This document shows, piece by piece, positions 19,623 to 30,319 of a stretch of DNA of 64,000 bases. The notes below the pieces were generated by a model. The model was not told the DNA's origin, did no database searches, and was given only the letters and a program-made list of their open reading frames with translations. Origin of the DNA: a virus; the IMG/VR virus record IMGVR_UViG_3300009130_000010, positions 1 through 64,000 of that record. One strand, written 5' to 3'. Positions within the stretch are counted from its first letter, which is position 1. Each line of letters opens with the position of its first letter. Both the position numbers and the translations under genes were made by a program.

Positions 19623-22600
19623 TTACATTCTGCCTACAACAACCTCAATCATACCTTCTTCACCGTCATGATCTTCTAATGCTTTACCAATTACTTGGCC
19701 CATTTTCGGATCTTCTTCGGCTCTTGCCGCACCATGTCCAGCACTTACCATCATGTCGCCTTTTGATACTTTTCCTTTAACTTTACAAGGAACTCTACCA
19801 ACCAATGCTACAGAACATTTGTTCTCAGCATCTAAGCCGTCATTCATTAAGTAAGCAGGATTAGATGTAACAACACCTGCAACGGATTTACAACCATCAA
19901 TATCACAAAGTGATACTTCATGCTCTCCACCAAAGTGGACAACTGTACCTGGAGCATATTCGGCGTCTGCCGCATAACACTCTGCCAAGTCAGCAAATTG
20001 AGCCTGTGTAGCTGTACCAGTAAGTGTATCTACTCTCATATTCGCATATGAAGTAATACCTACGTTACCTGCTGTAGTACCGTCTTCTGTAGTGTTAATA
20101 GCCGCGAATGTATCAGCACTTTCGTCCCAAATCATTCCAACATTAGCACTTGATCCACGCTCAACAACCCAACCTGAGTCATAAGCAGGAGATCCTGACT
20201 GTCCAGTAGCCCAAATCTGTAATGGATCTTCAACAGTTGTGTTAGTTGAACTAACAGTTGTTGTTGAACCGTTTACAGTTAAGTTTCCTGTAACAATCAT
20301 GTTTCCAGTAGCAGTAACTTCATCATCCAATTGAATGATACCAGTACCATTTGATTGTAATACTAGGTTTTCATTAGTAACAGCGTTTTTAACTGAGTTA
20401 CCTATAATAGTAACGTTACCAGCTTTAGCACCGTCGGATAATAGTACACCAGTAGCAGAGTCATCAGCATGAGCAGTAAGTGTAACACCACTTCCCATTT
20501 CTGTTGTTCTAAGCACCTGGATTCCAGCACCACCGTCTAATTGTAGTAAACCTGAGCCTGAACCTGAAGCAACTTTTAAGTTTTGGTTCGCATCAGTACC
20601 CATAGTTATTGTACCACTATCGTCTTGAAGTACTTCTTTACCATTAACGTACAATGATCCTGAGGATACATACAAGTCTTTCCATTGAGCACTTGATCCA
20701 CCTAAGTCAAATCCTGTTGAACCGTTGGAGTTAACGTTAGGTACAAGTCCACCACTTGTAAATTTAGCAATAGAAGTGCCACCACAAGTAAACTGAATTT
20801 CATCAGCATCAGCAGTAGCTTCTACACTAATTTTAGTATCAGCATCAGCATCTTGCATTTCAGTGATTGTTGATGTAGTAGTTAAAACTCTAGCATCAAT
20901 AACGTCGCCAGTTGCCGGAGCTTCTGTAAACGTTAGTGTTGTTCCACTTACCGCATAAGCTGTTGTTGGAATTTGTACCACACCGTTTATCATAACGATT
21001 GTAGTCGCTGTAGTTCCAGCTGAGCTTAATGTAAATGCTGTCGCACTATCATCACCGTTGTAAGAGTTAGCTGTAATTGTTGTAAAGTCAGCACCTGAGT
21101 TCCATTCAGATCCAGTATAGATCTCCATGTTACCCAATGTAGTGTTGAATCTAAACATACCAGCTGAACCACTTCCTGGTCTTTGAGCTGTTGTTCCAAC
21201 TGGAATCATCATAGAGTCCGTAGCTGAAACGTGTAATGTTACGTCTGTTGTAGGAGTACCAGTTCCAATACCAACACTTCCTGTAGAACCTTCTACAAAG
21301 AAAGCATTAGCGTCGTTATCTGATTCAACTCTAAAGTCGACGTCGGCACTTGCTTCGTTAATAACAATTTCTTGACCAGCAACACCTTCAACTATAAGTT
21401 TACCACTTGTAGAAGAAATTGTATTTGAATCAATGCTTATGTTATCAATGTCAACAGCACCTGCTGTTAATGTAGTACCATCAAAAGTTAAGTCAGCGTC
21501 ATCTTGTAACTCACCACCAGTACCAGCGTATGTAACGCGGCCTGCTGTTAAGTCTTCAACTTTAGCTGTAGCTAAAGTAGACGCACCGTCAACTTCTAAA
21601 GCACCACTAAACGTACCTTTACCAGTAACGTCTAATGTACCAGCAACTGTAGTATTACCTGACGCAACTGTAACCTGGAATTTTTCACTTCCAGCCGCAC
21701 CCACGTCTAAGGTTGTGCCGTTATATCTTAATGTAGCGTAGTCGTCCAAAGAACCAGATGTTCCAGCAACAACAACTCTTCCAGAAGTTAAATCTGAAAC
21801 AGTCGCACTATTCATAGTTACACCACCAGCAACAGCATTTAGTACTGTAGTTGAATCGACTTCAACAGCAAACGAACCTGTTCCTGAATCAGAAACAGTA
21901 GCAGTTGTATTACCCTGCTCTAATCTAGTTGAAGTTTGAGAATCAACGTATGCCTTAGTAGCCGCATCTTGAGCCGAAGTAGGATCAGTAACGTTAGTTA
22001 CTTTATTACTTCCCATGCTAATTGTTTGTGAGCCAGCTACGGTTAGTGAACCATTAATTGCTGTAGCACCATTTGATGTTAATGTACCAGCCACTGTAGC
22101 TGTTCCATCAACGTCTAAGTTACCACCCATATTAAGGTTTTCAGCAAGTCCTAAACCACCTAATACTAATAACGAACCTGAGTTGTTAGAAGTTGAAGTA
22201 GTTGTAGCATTTGCTGTTATAACGCCTGTACTTTCTAATGTACCAGCAACTTGAGTATTTCCTGAAGCCGCTGTAACGATGAACTTATTAGTGTTAACTG
22301 TAAAGTTTCCACCAACATCACCAGCGCCACTTATATTAAGTGTAGCACCAATGTATTCACCAGCACAAGTTAAGTTAGTACCATCGTATGTTAAACCAGC
22401 ATCATCTTCAAGTAAACCTGAAGCGCCAGCTGTTACAACACGACCGTCAGTTAACGTACCTGATTTTACAGAACCAACAATTATATTACCAGCTGTACCT
22501 GACATCACTTCTGATGTGTTAGTAACACCTGTCATATAAACAAAAGCATCTGCTGAATTGTCATAACCGAAGAAACCTAATTTAGCACTTCCGTCATAAT

Positions 22601-24614
22601 ATCTAAATTCAATACCTCTGTCTTTACCGTCGTCTGAACCAGGAGCAGAATCACCACCCAATGTAAATATTGGATCGTCAACTGTTACTGTAGTTGAGTT
22701 TGTAGTAGATGTTGTACCGTTAACTGTTAAGTTACCAGTTACAATTAAGTTATCTCCAACTGTCACGTTAGCGCCAGAAGAAGAAAGTGTACTTGCCGCA
22801 ATTGACAAGTCACCAGCTGTAAACGTTGTACCTTCCCAAGAACCAATTTCGGAACCATCAACTGTCATAGCAATTTTTCCGTTTGATCCTGTGTCAGTGA
22901 TAGTAATATTTGTATCACCTTTTTCGATTACATTACCAGCCGCTGAAATTGTATTATCAACATAGTATTTTGTAGCCAAGTCTTGGTTATCAGTTGTAGT
23001 GTATGACGTATGTGCTCTAATTTGTAAAGCACCTGCCGCCGTCGCACCAATTGTAAGTACTTCAGTATCAGTACCACCAACAACAGCCTGAACAACGACA
23101 GAGCCGTCTTCAGTACCATTTGTGATATCTACTGCCTTACCTTTAAGTTGAGCGAAAGTAGTAGTATTATTTCCGTCATCATAACCTTTCCAAGTTATTT
23201 GTCCACAGCTATCGCCGTCCGCCGGAGAAGCAGATTGTTTATTAAACAATAATTCTCCACCATAAGCATCAGCGTTAGAGTTAAGCATAGTCATTTGAGG
23301 TTTAGAACCACCTGATTGAGACATTAATACGTCTGAACCAATAGTACCATTAACTGTTATGGCATCGCCTGCGGCGTCACCTAAAGTTACAGCACCATTT
23401 AAAGTAGTAGTTCCTGCCGCTGTTAAAGTACCATCAATATCAGCGTTACCGCCCATATTAAAGTTCTCAGCAAGACCTAAACCACCATCAATTATTACAG
23501 CACCTGTAGTGTTTGTAGTTGATGTAGTAGTGTCGTTAAAGTTTGAGATACCTGTTACGTTTAAAGTAGCTCCAACAACTACGGCTCCTGCCGCACTTGC
23601 TGTAAATGAACCACCAACGTCTAAAGCACCTGTTGTGACAATTTGTCCACCAACATATATATCTTCAGCAACACCCATACCACCATCAACAATAACAGCA
23701 CCAGTAGTGGTACTTGATGAAGCGGTTGTATTATTAAAGTTAGCAACACCACTTGCGTCAAGTGTACCTACTGATGTATTACCAGTAGCATGAGCAATAG
23801 TGGCAGAACCAACTGTTAACGTTGTTCCGTCAAATGTAAAGTTAGCGTCGTCTTCAACAGCGCCAGAGGCACCTGCGATAACAACACGGTTATCTGTTAA
23901 ATCAGTAATCTTCGCTGATGCTACAGTAACATCTGAAGCATTAGCAGTAAACACAGTAGTTGAATCAAGTTCCATTGTAACTGAACCTGTACCACTGTCA
24001 CTTACTGTTACTGAAGTATTTCCCTCGATCAAGCGTGACGCCGAACCTAGTTGAGAATCAACATAGGCTTTGGTAGCCGCATCTTGGTTTCCTGATGGAT
24101 CAGCAACACCAGTAATTCTATTACTGCCTGCCGCTATATTACCTGCTGGATTAAGTGTAAAGTCACCAGCTGATGTAGTAATTCCATTGGAATCGAGAGT
24201 GGTATTATCAACAATTAAAGAACCAGCTTGAAAAGCCGAGTATGCCGATAATGTTATATTTCCTGCTGTTGTACCAGCTTCTGTAGTAGTCGCTACAACG
24301 AATTGATCAGCACTTTCGTCCCAACCAATAAACACGTTTGTATCGTCACCACGTTCAGTTACAAGACCGGCGTCAACCGCTCCTGAACCAGTAGCACCAG
24401 AGGATAATACCATTAAAGGATCAGCTACAGATGTATTTGTAGAGTCAACTGTAGTTGTTGTTCCTTGAACTGTTAAGTTACCAGTAATTGTTAAGTTCGA
24501 ACCGTATGTTATAGAATTAGCAAGTTTACCAGCCGTAATCGCATTATTGGCGATTTTAGCCGTTGTTACCGCTAGGTCTGTAATCTGATTCGATTTTATT
24601 CTTGTTACGGGCAT
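19623..24614 (-). CDS. Large modular fibre/appendage protein with C-terminal autocleaving chaperone (peptidase G2-like)
   Basis: Ser/Thr/Gly-rich. Repeats DAATKAYVD, GNLTVxGTTT, RVVxAGxSGxLEDD. C-terminal ADLAECY...VALVGRVPCKV...IGKALE. AAGGAG SD fits ATG 24614. Confidence 0.8.
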   Translation of the reverse strand: MPVTRIKSNQITDLAVTTAKIANNAITAGKLANSITYGSNLTITGNLTVQGTTTTVDSTNTSVADPLMVLSSGATGSGAVDAGLVTERGDDTNVFIGWDESADQFVVATTTEAGTTAGNITLSAYSAFQAGSLIVDNTTLDSNGITTSAGDFTLNPAGNIAAGSNRITGVADPSGNQDAATKAYVDSQLGSASRLIEGNTSVTVSDSGTGSVTMELDSTTVFTANASDVTVASAKITDLTDNRVVIAGASGAVEDDANFTFDGTTLTVGSATIAHATGNTSVGTLDASGVANFNNTTASSSTTTGAVIVDGGMGVAEDIYVGGQIVTTGALDVGGSFTASAAGAVVVGATLNVTGISNFNDTTTSTTNTTGAVIIDGGLGLAENFNMGGNADIDGTLTAAGTTTLNGAVTLGDAAGDAITVNGTIGSDVLMSQSGGSKPQMTMLNSNADAYGGELLFNKQSASPADGDSCGQITWKGYDDGNNTTTFAQLKGKAVDITNGTEDGSVVVQAVVGGTDTEVLTIGATAAGALQIRAHTSYTTTDNQDLATKYYVDNTISAAGNVIEKGDTNITITDTGSNGKIAMTVDGSEIGSWEGTTFTAGDLSIAASTLSSSGANVTVGDNLIVTGNLTVNGTTSTTNSTTVTVDDPIFTLGGDSAPGSDDGKDRGIEFRYYDGSAKLGFFGYDNSADAFVYMTGVTNTSEVMSGTAGNIIVGSVKSGTLTDGRVVTAGASGLLEDDAGLTYDGTNLTCAGEYIGATLNISGAGDVGGNFTVNTNKFIVTAASGNTQVAGTLESTGVITANATTTSTSNNSGSLLVLGGLGLAENLNMGGNLDVDGTATVAGTLTSNGATAINGSLTVAGSQTISMGSNKVTNVTDPTSAQDAATKAYVDSQTSTRLEQGNTTATVSDSGTGSFAVEVDSTTVLNAVAGGVTMNSATVSDLTSGRVVVAGTSGSLDDYATLRYNGTTLDVGAAGSEKFQVTVASGNTTVAGTLDVTGKGTFSGALEVDGASTLATAKVEDLTAGRVTYAGTGGELQDDADLTFDGTTLTAGAVDIDNISIDSNTISSTSGKLIVEGVAGQEIVINEASADVDFRVESDNDANAFFVEGSTGSVGIGTGTPTTDVTLHVSATDSMMIPVGTTAQRPGSGSAGMFRFNTTLGNMEIYTGSEWNSGADFTTITANSYNGDDSATAFTLSSAGTTATTIVMINGVVQIPTTAYAVSGTTLTFTEAPATGDVIDARVLTTTSTITEMQDADADTKISVEATADADEIQFTCGGTSIAKFTSGGLVPNVNSNGSTGFDLGGSSAQWKDLYVSSGSLYVNGKEVLQDDSGTITMGTDANQNLKVASGSGSGLLQLDGGAGIQVLRTTEMGSGVTLTAHADDSATGVLLSDGAKAGNVTIIGNSVKNAVTNENLVLQSNGTGIIQLDDEVTATGNMIVTGNLTVNGSTTTVSSTNTTVEDPLQIWATGQSGSPAYDSGWVVERGSSANVGMIWDESADTFAAINTTEDGTTAGNVGITSYANMRVDTLTGTATQAQFADLAECYAADAEYAPGTVVHFGGEHEVSLCDIDGCKSVAGVVTSNPAYLMNDGLDAENKCSVALVGRVPCKVKGKVSKGDMMVSAGHGAARAEEDPKMGQVIGKALEDHDGEEGMIEVVVGRM

Positions 24615-24771
24615 TTTCCACAACTCCTTTTTATATTATTATGCATAAGTGGCGCCGAAGAGCACCTGTAATTGGAGCATTACTGCCACCGTAATATTAG
24701 TCTAAAGATAGATTAATGTACGATAATGTTATTTATACAATTTTGGAAAAAGATATAAGATCAGATCTAAA

Positions 24772-26052
24772 TTAATGTAAATCGACCCAGCCACCGTTAG
24801 CGTAGCCTTGGAACTTATTTGTTGTAGAATTATATATTACAGCACCATTAGAAGGTGATGTAGCATTTCTTTGTGTGGTCGTATAACTAGCAAACTGAAC
24901 TAGTTGACTATGTGTTGTTGCTGTATTTGTTATTGTTAACTTATCAGACCCTGCTACTTTTATATAAACAGTATCATCATCTGCTGTACGCTCAACTTCA
25001 ATTTTTGTATCAGCATCAGCGTCTTGTACTTTATCTAAATATGTTATACCTCTAAATATTCTAGCAGATATATGGTCAGTATTTGCCGGTGCTGATGTAA
25101 ATGTTAAAGTACTACCACTTATAGTATAAGCATTTGTAGGTTCCTGGACTACACCATTTAAAGTAACAATTACTGTATTGGTTGTGGCATCGCTGACGCT
25201 TAATGTAAAAGTTGTATCAGAGCCATCACCATTAAACTCATCATGTGTTACTGTTGATAAATCAGGATCACCTACTCTAACCCAAGCACTATTTTTATAT
25301 ACTTCAACATAATCTAAAGTTGAGTTATATCTAACTTCACCTTCAGATGGTGACCCAGGTCTCTGTGCTGTAGTACCAACTGGTAACAATAAAGATTCTG
25401 TAGAATTAATTTTAACTTTACCTGTACCTTGTGGCTCAAGTATTAAATCATCGTTAGTTGGAGTATAAAGTGTAGTATCTTCTGCTGTTATATCTCCTAA
25501 AGAACTACTTGCTCCACCTACACCAAATGTTCCTGTGTATCTAGCACCTGAAATATAAACTGACTTGCCTGAAAAAGAAATTCCATTTGGTAAATTTGTT
25601 CCTATAAAATGTACAACACCAGATTGATAATCAAAAAACCATTCGTCGTCATTACCAGAACCTGTAGCATATACCTGAGTTCCACCACTTGCGGCCGAAC
25701 CAGCATTTCCTGATGTATGTACATAAATTTTAAGTTGATATGTTGAACCTACCTCAGGTGGTATCCAATCAGTTAATCCTGATTTCCAAGTTCTGTTTGC
25801 TGTTGCTGTACCATCTACAGTACATTCACGAGGACTACCTGTAGCATATACTGTAACTACTCCAGAACTTGATCCTGGCATAACAGCAGGAATTGTATCT
25901 GCTTGTTGCCAAACTTTGTCACCTCTTAATAATAGAGGAGATGCTATAGCTTCGTTAGGTGCTTTTTTAACAGCATTTGTATCTGTTTTAGTTGCTCCGT
26001 ACCCTAGCTTCTTCCAAAGGTAATCAATTTTTTTACTATCAGGTATCGCCAT
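24772..26052 (-). CDS. Fibre/virion structural protein sharing modules with the 1666-aa protein
   Basis: PVGTTAQRP, NGVVQEP..AYTISGSTLTF, QDADADTKIEVE; C-terminal YNSTTNKFQGY. Confidence 0.75.
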   Translation of the reverse strand: MAIPDSKKIDYLWKKLGYGATKTDTNAVKKAPNEAIASPLLLRGDKVWQQADTIPAVMPGSSSGVVTVYATGSPRECTVDGTATANRTWKSGLTDWIPPEVGSTYQLKIYVHTSGNAGSAASGGTQVYATGSGNDDEWFFDYQSGVVHFIGTNLPNGISFSGKSVYISGARYTGTFGVGGASSSLGDITAEDTTLYTPTNDDLILEPQGTGKVKINSTESLLLPVGTTAQRPGSPSEGEVRYNSTLDYVEVYKNSAWVRVGDPDLSTVTHDEFNGDGSDTTFTLSVSDATTNTVIVTLNGVVQEPTNAYTISGSTLTFTSAPANTDHISARIFRGITYLDKVQDADADTKIEVERTADDDTVYIKVAGSDKLTITNTATTHSQLVQFASYTTTQRNATSPSNGAVIYNSTTNKFQGYANGGWVDLH

Positions 26053-29000
26053 TACGCATCCTCAATCTCTAATAACGTAAGCGAGTCGCCACTTACTAGT
26101 TTGATTCTAACTAAAACAGTATTACCTGTAGAGTTGTTCATATTTTCAGTACCAAGTGTTAATGTTTTGCTTTCATTTGATACTGTTGAACCTGTTGTTA
26201 CTCTGTCACCTGATGTAAAGGCACAACCATCACTACCATTGCCACCATTACCTGTATCACTACCTGGAACTCCACTACCAGCATAAGTTGATGTAGCATC
26301 TATCCAACCACTTAATCCACTAGCACTATCAATAGCAGTACCAGGTGCCGCTATCCATACACCTGATAACTTTCCGCTAAATTTAAATTTAAAGTTAGCC
26401 GCTGGTGTTCTACGGAAAGCAAAAGTATAATATTGTGCTCCGCTTCTTCCTGTTGCTAAATCAGGACCTGCTGGTAAGTAACCAGAACTTAAATCTGTTG
26501 TAAAATGTTGTACTGTTCCAAATCTACAAATTGCTTCTTGTGTTCCTGCTACTGTTACAGCACCACTCCAAGCATTACTTGTATAGTAATTTGTTGCTCC
26601 TGTGAAACTAGGCGTGTCGCTGGCCGCACCAAAACCTGTAATTCTTTTACCATCATCTGTATGTGTACTTCCGTTACCTAAACTATCTGAAACTGGAATA
26701 CCTGCTTCATCGTCCATAGTTAATAATGTATTTGTGTATAACTGAATATTTGTACTTGCTGTACTATAAGAACTTGTACCATTACAGTTACTAGCTCTCA
26801 TTTTAATTTGTTGTACTGAACGTCTTTGAGTACTTAAAAGTGGTACAGTTAAAGTTCCTAAAGTATAAGCACTACTAACACCTGTGTTTACTTTTGGTAT
26901 CCCACCATTTAACATTGTTGTACTACCATCAACATTAGCGTATGTAAAACTCAAATTAGATATAACGTGTCCTGATGTTCCTTCTTGGTTACTACCTGGG
27001 TCAACTTCAACAGGATCAGTTGTATCTTTATATGCTTGTCCTGTAAAGTTTGCTACAGTTGATCCTGTAATACTTAAACTAGGTGAGCCTGTATTATAAT
27101 ATGGTACTCCTGAAATATATCTTTTAGAACCAGGTGTACCTTCTGCTACTGTTCCTATTGTTGCTGTAGGACTTGACGTCATATCATCTTTAACTACATA
27201 AACGAAATTAGTATTTCCACCGTCTGAACTTTCTATTCTTTGAGCACTAGATCCAACAGCATAACCAGTTAGGTTTAGTCTTTGCATGGCCGATGCTACA
27301 AGATATGCTCTCTGTGGATATGACGAAACTACTTCATCATAATCTTGGTGACCTGCTATTGCTAGAGTAGTATATGTGTTATTGTTTCCGCCACCTTCTG
27401 ATGTTGTAAGGGTATGACTTCCTCCAGTACCTGTATTATTAATTTCTGATGTAATAGTTTGATTGGTACCATCGTAATGGTTAGTTAAGAAATTCATAAC
27501 AAAGTTCGTGTCAATTGGGTTAGCAGTTGTATAACGTCTTGCTATGGTATTTGTTAATGCCGCACCTGCTGATTGTGACGTAAACGTTCCTGTATTATCT
27601 GTAAATCCATGACATAATTTTGGTGCCGTTCCTTGGTATGAGGTGCTTAATGTTAAACTCTTTGTACTTAAATTTGCCGGCGCCGCCGGTACAGAATTCA
27701 TTTGGAATGTTATTCCTGTATATGAATCTGTTTGTGCTGTTATGTCTGGTGTGGCACTTACACTAAGATTTAAATTATAATTTCCTGCTGACTCTCCAGC
27801 ATAGTTATGAGTTATAGCATTACCTACTGTACCTGGTGATGATCCGTTTTCTGTAGGTGTATCATTTGAACTTCCGTCAGCCCAATTAAATGTATAACTG
27901 GCTCCTGTTACTGTAGGACTAACAGCATTGGTTACTGTTACTAAAGCTCTATTGTTTCCGTCTATATCTGTATAATCATATATGTCATATTGGTTATCAC
28001 TACTACCATCACTTGTTGTTACAGCCGTACCAGTAGCACTAGCTCTCATATCTGGTTCAACGTGTACTGTAAAGTTTGATGTAGCAAAAGGTGAACTAGA
28101 ATGATCACTTAAAACTTCTAACTTACCTGTATAATCTACATCGGTGCCAGCATTTTGTTGAGCATTGGTTAATGTATAAGTGTGACTTAAATTACTTGTG
28201 CCTGTATCACCTGGGTTTCCACTACCAGTGTTAACTGTTGTTGTAGTTCCATCACCCCAAGTATATTTGTATTGAATTCCGTATGTTGAATGAGAACCAA
28301 TTGTGTTTTCTGTATTGTTTGTAAATGTTACAGGGTGTCCACTTGTTCCTATTTCATTAATTCCACTTGTACTCGACAACGATACTGTTGGAGTATGTGT
28401 ATCATAAATTTTATGTGCTGTTGATGTATCTCTAGGAATTTCACTTGGTGTTGCTGTAGAGTGAGCGTCAAGTGTTAATTCTACTGTACGAGTTTGTTCT
28501 TGTTCTGTACTTGCTGTAAATGTATGAGCTAGTCTTCCACCACCTACACCACCTGCTACAGCATCGCTGTTTATAACATTATCAGATTCACTGTCACCCC
28601 AATCCCAAGTATATTGAACTGTTGCTCCACTTGTATTTGTTGTATTGTTTTGGAAATAAACAGTATCGCCATCATCCCATTGTGTAATAGGTGAACCACC
28701 AGTTGAGGCCGCGTATGCGGCAAAACTTACCACAGGAGTAGCTGTGTATATAATAATATAACTTGCTCTTGTTTTGCTTACAGTTGAACCTTTTCCACTT
28801 CCACTATTATTTTTTGCTGTTACTATTACAGTAAAAGGTGAATTAGTATTTGAATTGTAAGTATGCGAAGGAGTAGAATCTGTTGTATTGCTTGTTGCTG
28901 TTTCTCCTGTACCCCAATCAATATCATAATGTGTAGGGTTACCGTCTGTTGAAATTGTAAGTGTTACAACTAATCCAGCACCACCTGACGTAACGTCTGC

Positions 29001-29486
29001 TGTAAAATCAACGTTAGCAACGGCAGTATTATTAATAATATTTTGTGATAATTCATTTAAATCGTCAATTGCTGTACTGACGTTAGTAGTATCTAACCAA
29101 GTATTAATAGCACCAGTAGGATATAATGAACTATCATCCGGCCAACTTAAAGTGACATCTCTTCCTGTAACTAGTCCGCCACTTGCGACACTTGTCCAAG
29201 ATAAGTTACCTGATCCATCTGTTGTTAAAACTTGATCACCACCACCACCAGTAATAGTAATATCTTCTACAGCACCTAAGTTTAAGTCACCAGATGTGCT
29301 TCGGATATTACTTCCGCTAATTGTAATGTTATCTACTTGTAGACTTGCTGAAGGAGTGTTTGTGTTGATGCCTATTCGGTCATTGACCACATCTATGTAT
29401 AACAGGTCTGTTTCAAAAGCTATGTCGGTACCTAATCGCTCAAGGTTAGCCTTAAGCATAGCACCGGATATTCGTCCTATGGCCAT
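26052..29486 (-). CDS. Virion structural protein with multiple PKD/Ig-like domains
   Basis: Repeated YxWxWGD/IDWGTG...SHTY motifs of PKD domains; Thr/Ser-rich. Confidence 0.75.
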   Translation of the reverse strand: MAIGRISGAMLKANLERLGTDIAFETDLLYIDVVNDRIGINTNTPSASLQVDNITISGSNIRSTSGDLNLGAVEDITITGGGGDQVLTTDGSGNLSWTSVASGGLVTGRDVTLSWPDDSSLYPTGAINTWLDTTNVSTAIDDLNELSQNIINNTAVANVDFTADVTSGGAGLVVTLTISTDGNPTHYDIDWGTGETATSNTTDSTPSHTYNSNTNSPFTVIVTAKNNSGSGKGSTVSKTRASYIIIYTATPVVSFAAYAASTGGSPITQWDDGDTVYFQNNTTNTSGATVQYTWDWGDSESDNVINSDAVAGGVGGGRLAHTFTASTEQEQTRTVELTLDAHSTATPSEIPRDTSTAHKIYDTHTPTVSLSSTSGINEIGTSGHPVTFTNNTENTIGSHSTYGIQYKYTWGDGTTTTVNTGSGNPGDTGTSNLSHTYTLTNAQQNAGTDVDYTGKLEVLSDHSSSPFATSNFTVHVEPDMRASATGTAVTTSDGSSDNQYDIYDYTDIDGNNRALVTVTNAVSPTVTGASYTFNWADGSSNDTPTENGSSPGTVGNAITHNYAGESAGNYNLNLSVSATPDITAQTDSYTGITFQMNSVPAAPANLSTKSLTLSTSYQGTAPKLCHGFTDNTGTFTSQSAGAALTNTIARRYTTANPIDTNFVMNFLTNHYDGTNQTITSEINNTGTGGSHTLTTSEGGGNNNTYTTLAIAGHQDYDEVVSSYPQRAYLVASAMQRLNLTGYAVGSSAQRIESSDGGNTNFVYVVKDDMTSSPTATIGTVAEGTPGSKRYISGVPYYNTGSPSLSITGSTVANFTGQAYKDTTDPVEVDPGSNQEGTSGHVISNLSFTYANVDGSTTMLNGGIPKVNTGVSSAYTLGTLTVPLLSTQRRSVQQIKMRASNCNGTSSYSTASTNIQLYTNTLLTMDDEAGIPVSDSLGNGSTHTDDGKRITGFGAASDTPSFTGATNYYTSNAWSGAVTVAGTQEAICRFGTVQHFTTDLSSGYLPAGPDLATGRSGAQYYTFAFRRTPAANFKFKFSGKLSGVWIAAPGTAIDSASGLSGWIDATSTYAGSGVPGSDTGNGGNGSDGCAFTSGDRVTTGSTVSNESKTLTLGTENMNNSTGNTVLVRIKLVSGDSLTLLEIEDA

Positions 29487-29578
29487 TTTATCTCCTTCAC
29501 CTCATTTCATTCCAGGGTGAGCCCGGGTATAATATAATAGGTAATCCTATTACAAATGTATTTATATGAATGAAAAAA

Positions 29579-29998
29579 TTAAGATAATACGCTGGTTGTT
29601 GTACTATTCATACCTACAAAAGCATAAATTCTATGTGTGTTTGGAGGAGCAGAACCAAAAGTAAGATTAGTTCCTGATATTGTATAAGCCTGTGTAGGCT
29701 CTTGTACAACGTTACCTACTACAACAATAACGCTATTCACATCAACAGGTGCTGAAGTAAAAAAGCTATTGAATACTGTAGTTGTTCCGTCACCTACTTC
29801 ATTACCATCTTTAATCATAGCTACTGTACCTTGAGGAGTACTTGAACGCCATGATGTTGTACCTTTGTCATAGTATTCTAATCTACTAGTATCTGTATTA
29901 AAACGTATTGTACCTGATTTAGGATCTGCTGGACGTTGTGCTGATGTTCCAGATGCTGTAGTTTGTCCTGCTGTCTTATGCTTTAAAAAATATCCCAT
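29579..29998 (-). CDS. Small virion protein, stand-alone copy of the shared fibre module
   Basis: GTSAQRP..IRFNT, GDGTTT, VGNVVQEPTQAYTISGTNLTF. Confidence 0.7.
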   Translation of the reverse strand: MGYFLKHKTAGQTTASGTSAQRPADPKSGTIRFNTDTSRLEYYDKGTTSWRSSTPQGTVAMIKDGNEVGDGTTTVFNSFFTSAPVDVNSVIVVVGNVVQEPTQAYTISGTNLTFGSAPPNTHRIYAFVGMNSTTTSVLS

Positions 29999-30000
29999 TT

Positions 30001-30309
30001 TTAAATACTCACGTATGAAACATTAGCATATACTGATGAAGCGTGAGAGCATTTTGCTTGTATTGTATCACCATTTGCTAATACAATTTTTTCAGCACTT
30101 AAAATATATGTGTCTGCTCCATCAATTGATAATTCTTTAATAATTCTATTTGTAGCATCTGCTGTTCCGCTGTTTGACACAAGATGAACGTCAATAGTTC
30201 TTGCCGCGGCATTATCATTTGTAAAAAATATTGATGTAGTAGCAGAATCATTAGTACTAGTATAAACTGTACCTATGCTTGTTCCTAAAGTTGCTTTTGC
30301 TAACGCCAT
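30001..30309 (-). CDS. Small beta-rich virion protein
   Basis: 102 aa, EKIVLANGDTIQA motif, SD AGGA. Confidence 0.7.
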   Translation of the reverse strand: MALAKATLGTSIGTVYTSTNDSATTSIFFTNDNAAARTIDVHLVSNSGTADATNRIIKELSIDGADTYILSAEKIVLANGDTIQAKCSHASSVYANVSYVSI

Positions 30310-30319
30310 TTTCTTTTTC

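Noticed and set aside
20820-25030. Near-identical short repeats (QDADADTKI coding sequence) as a DGR template/variable repeat pair
   Set aside because: Only about 25 nt similar, both copies are in coding frame, differences are not adenine-specific, and there is no RT.
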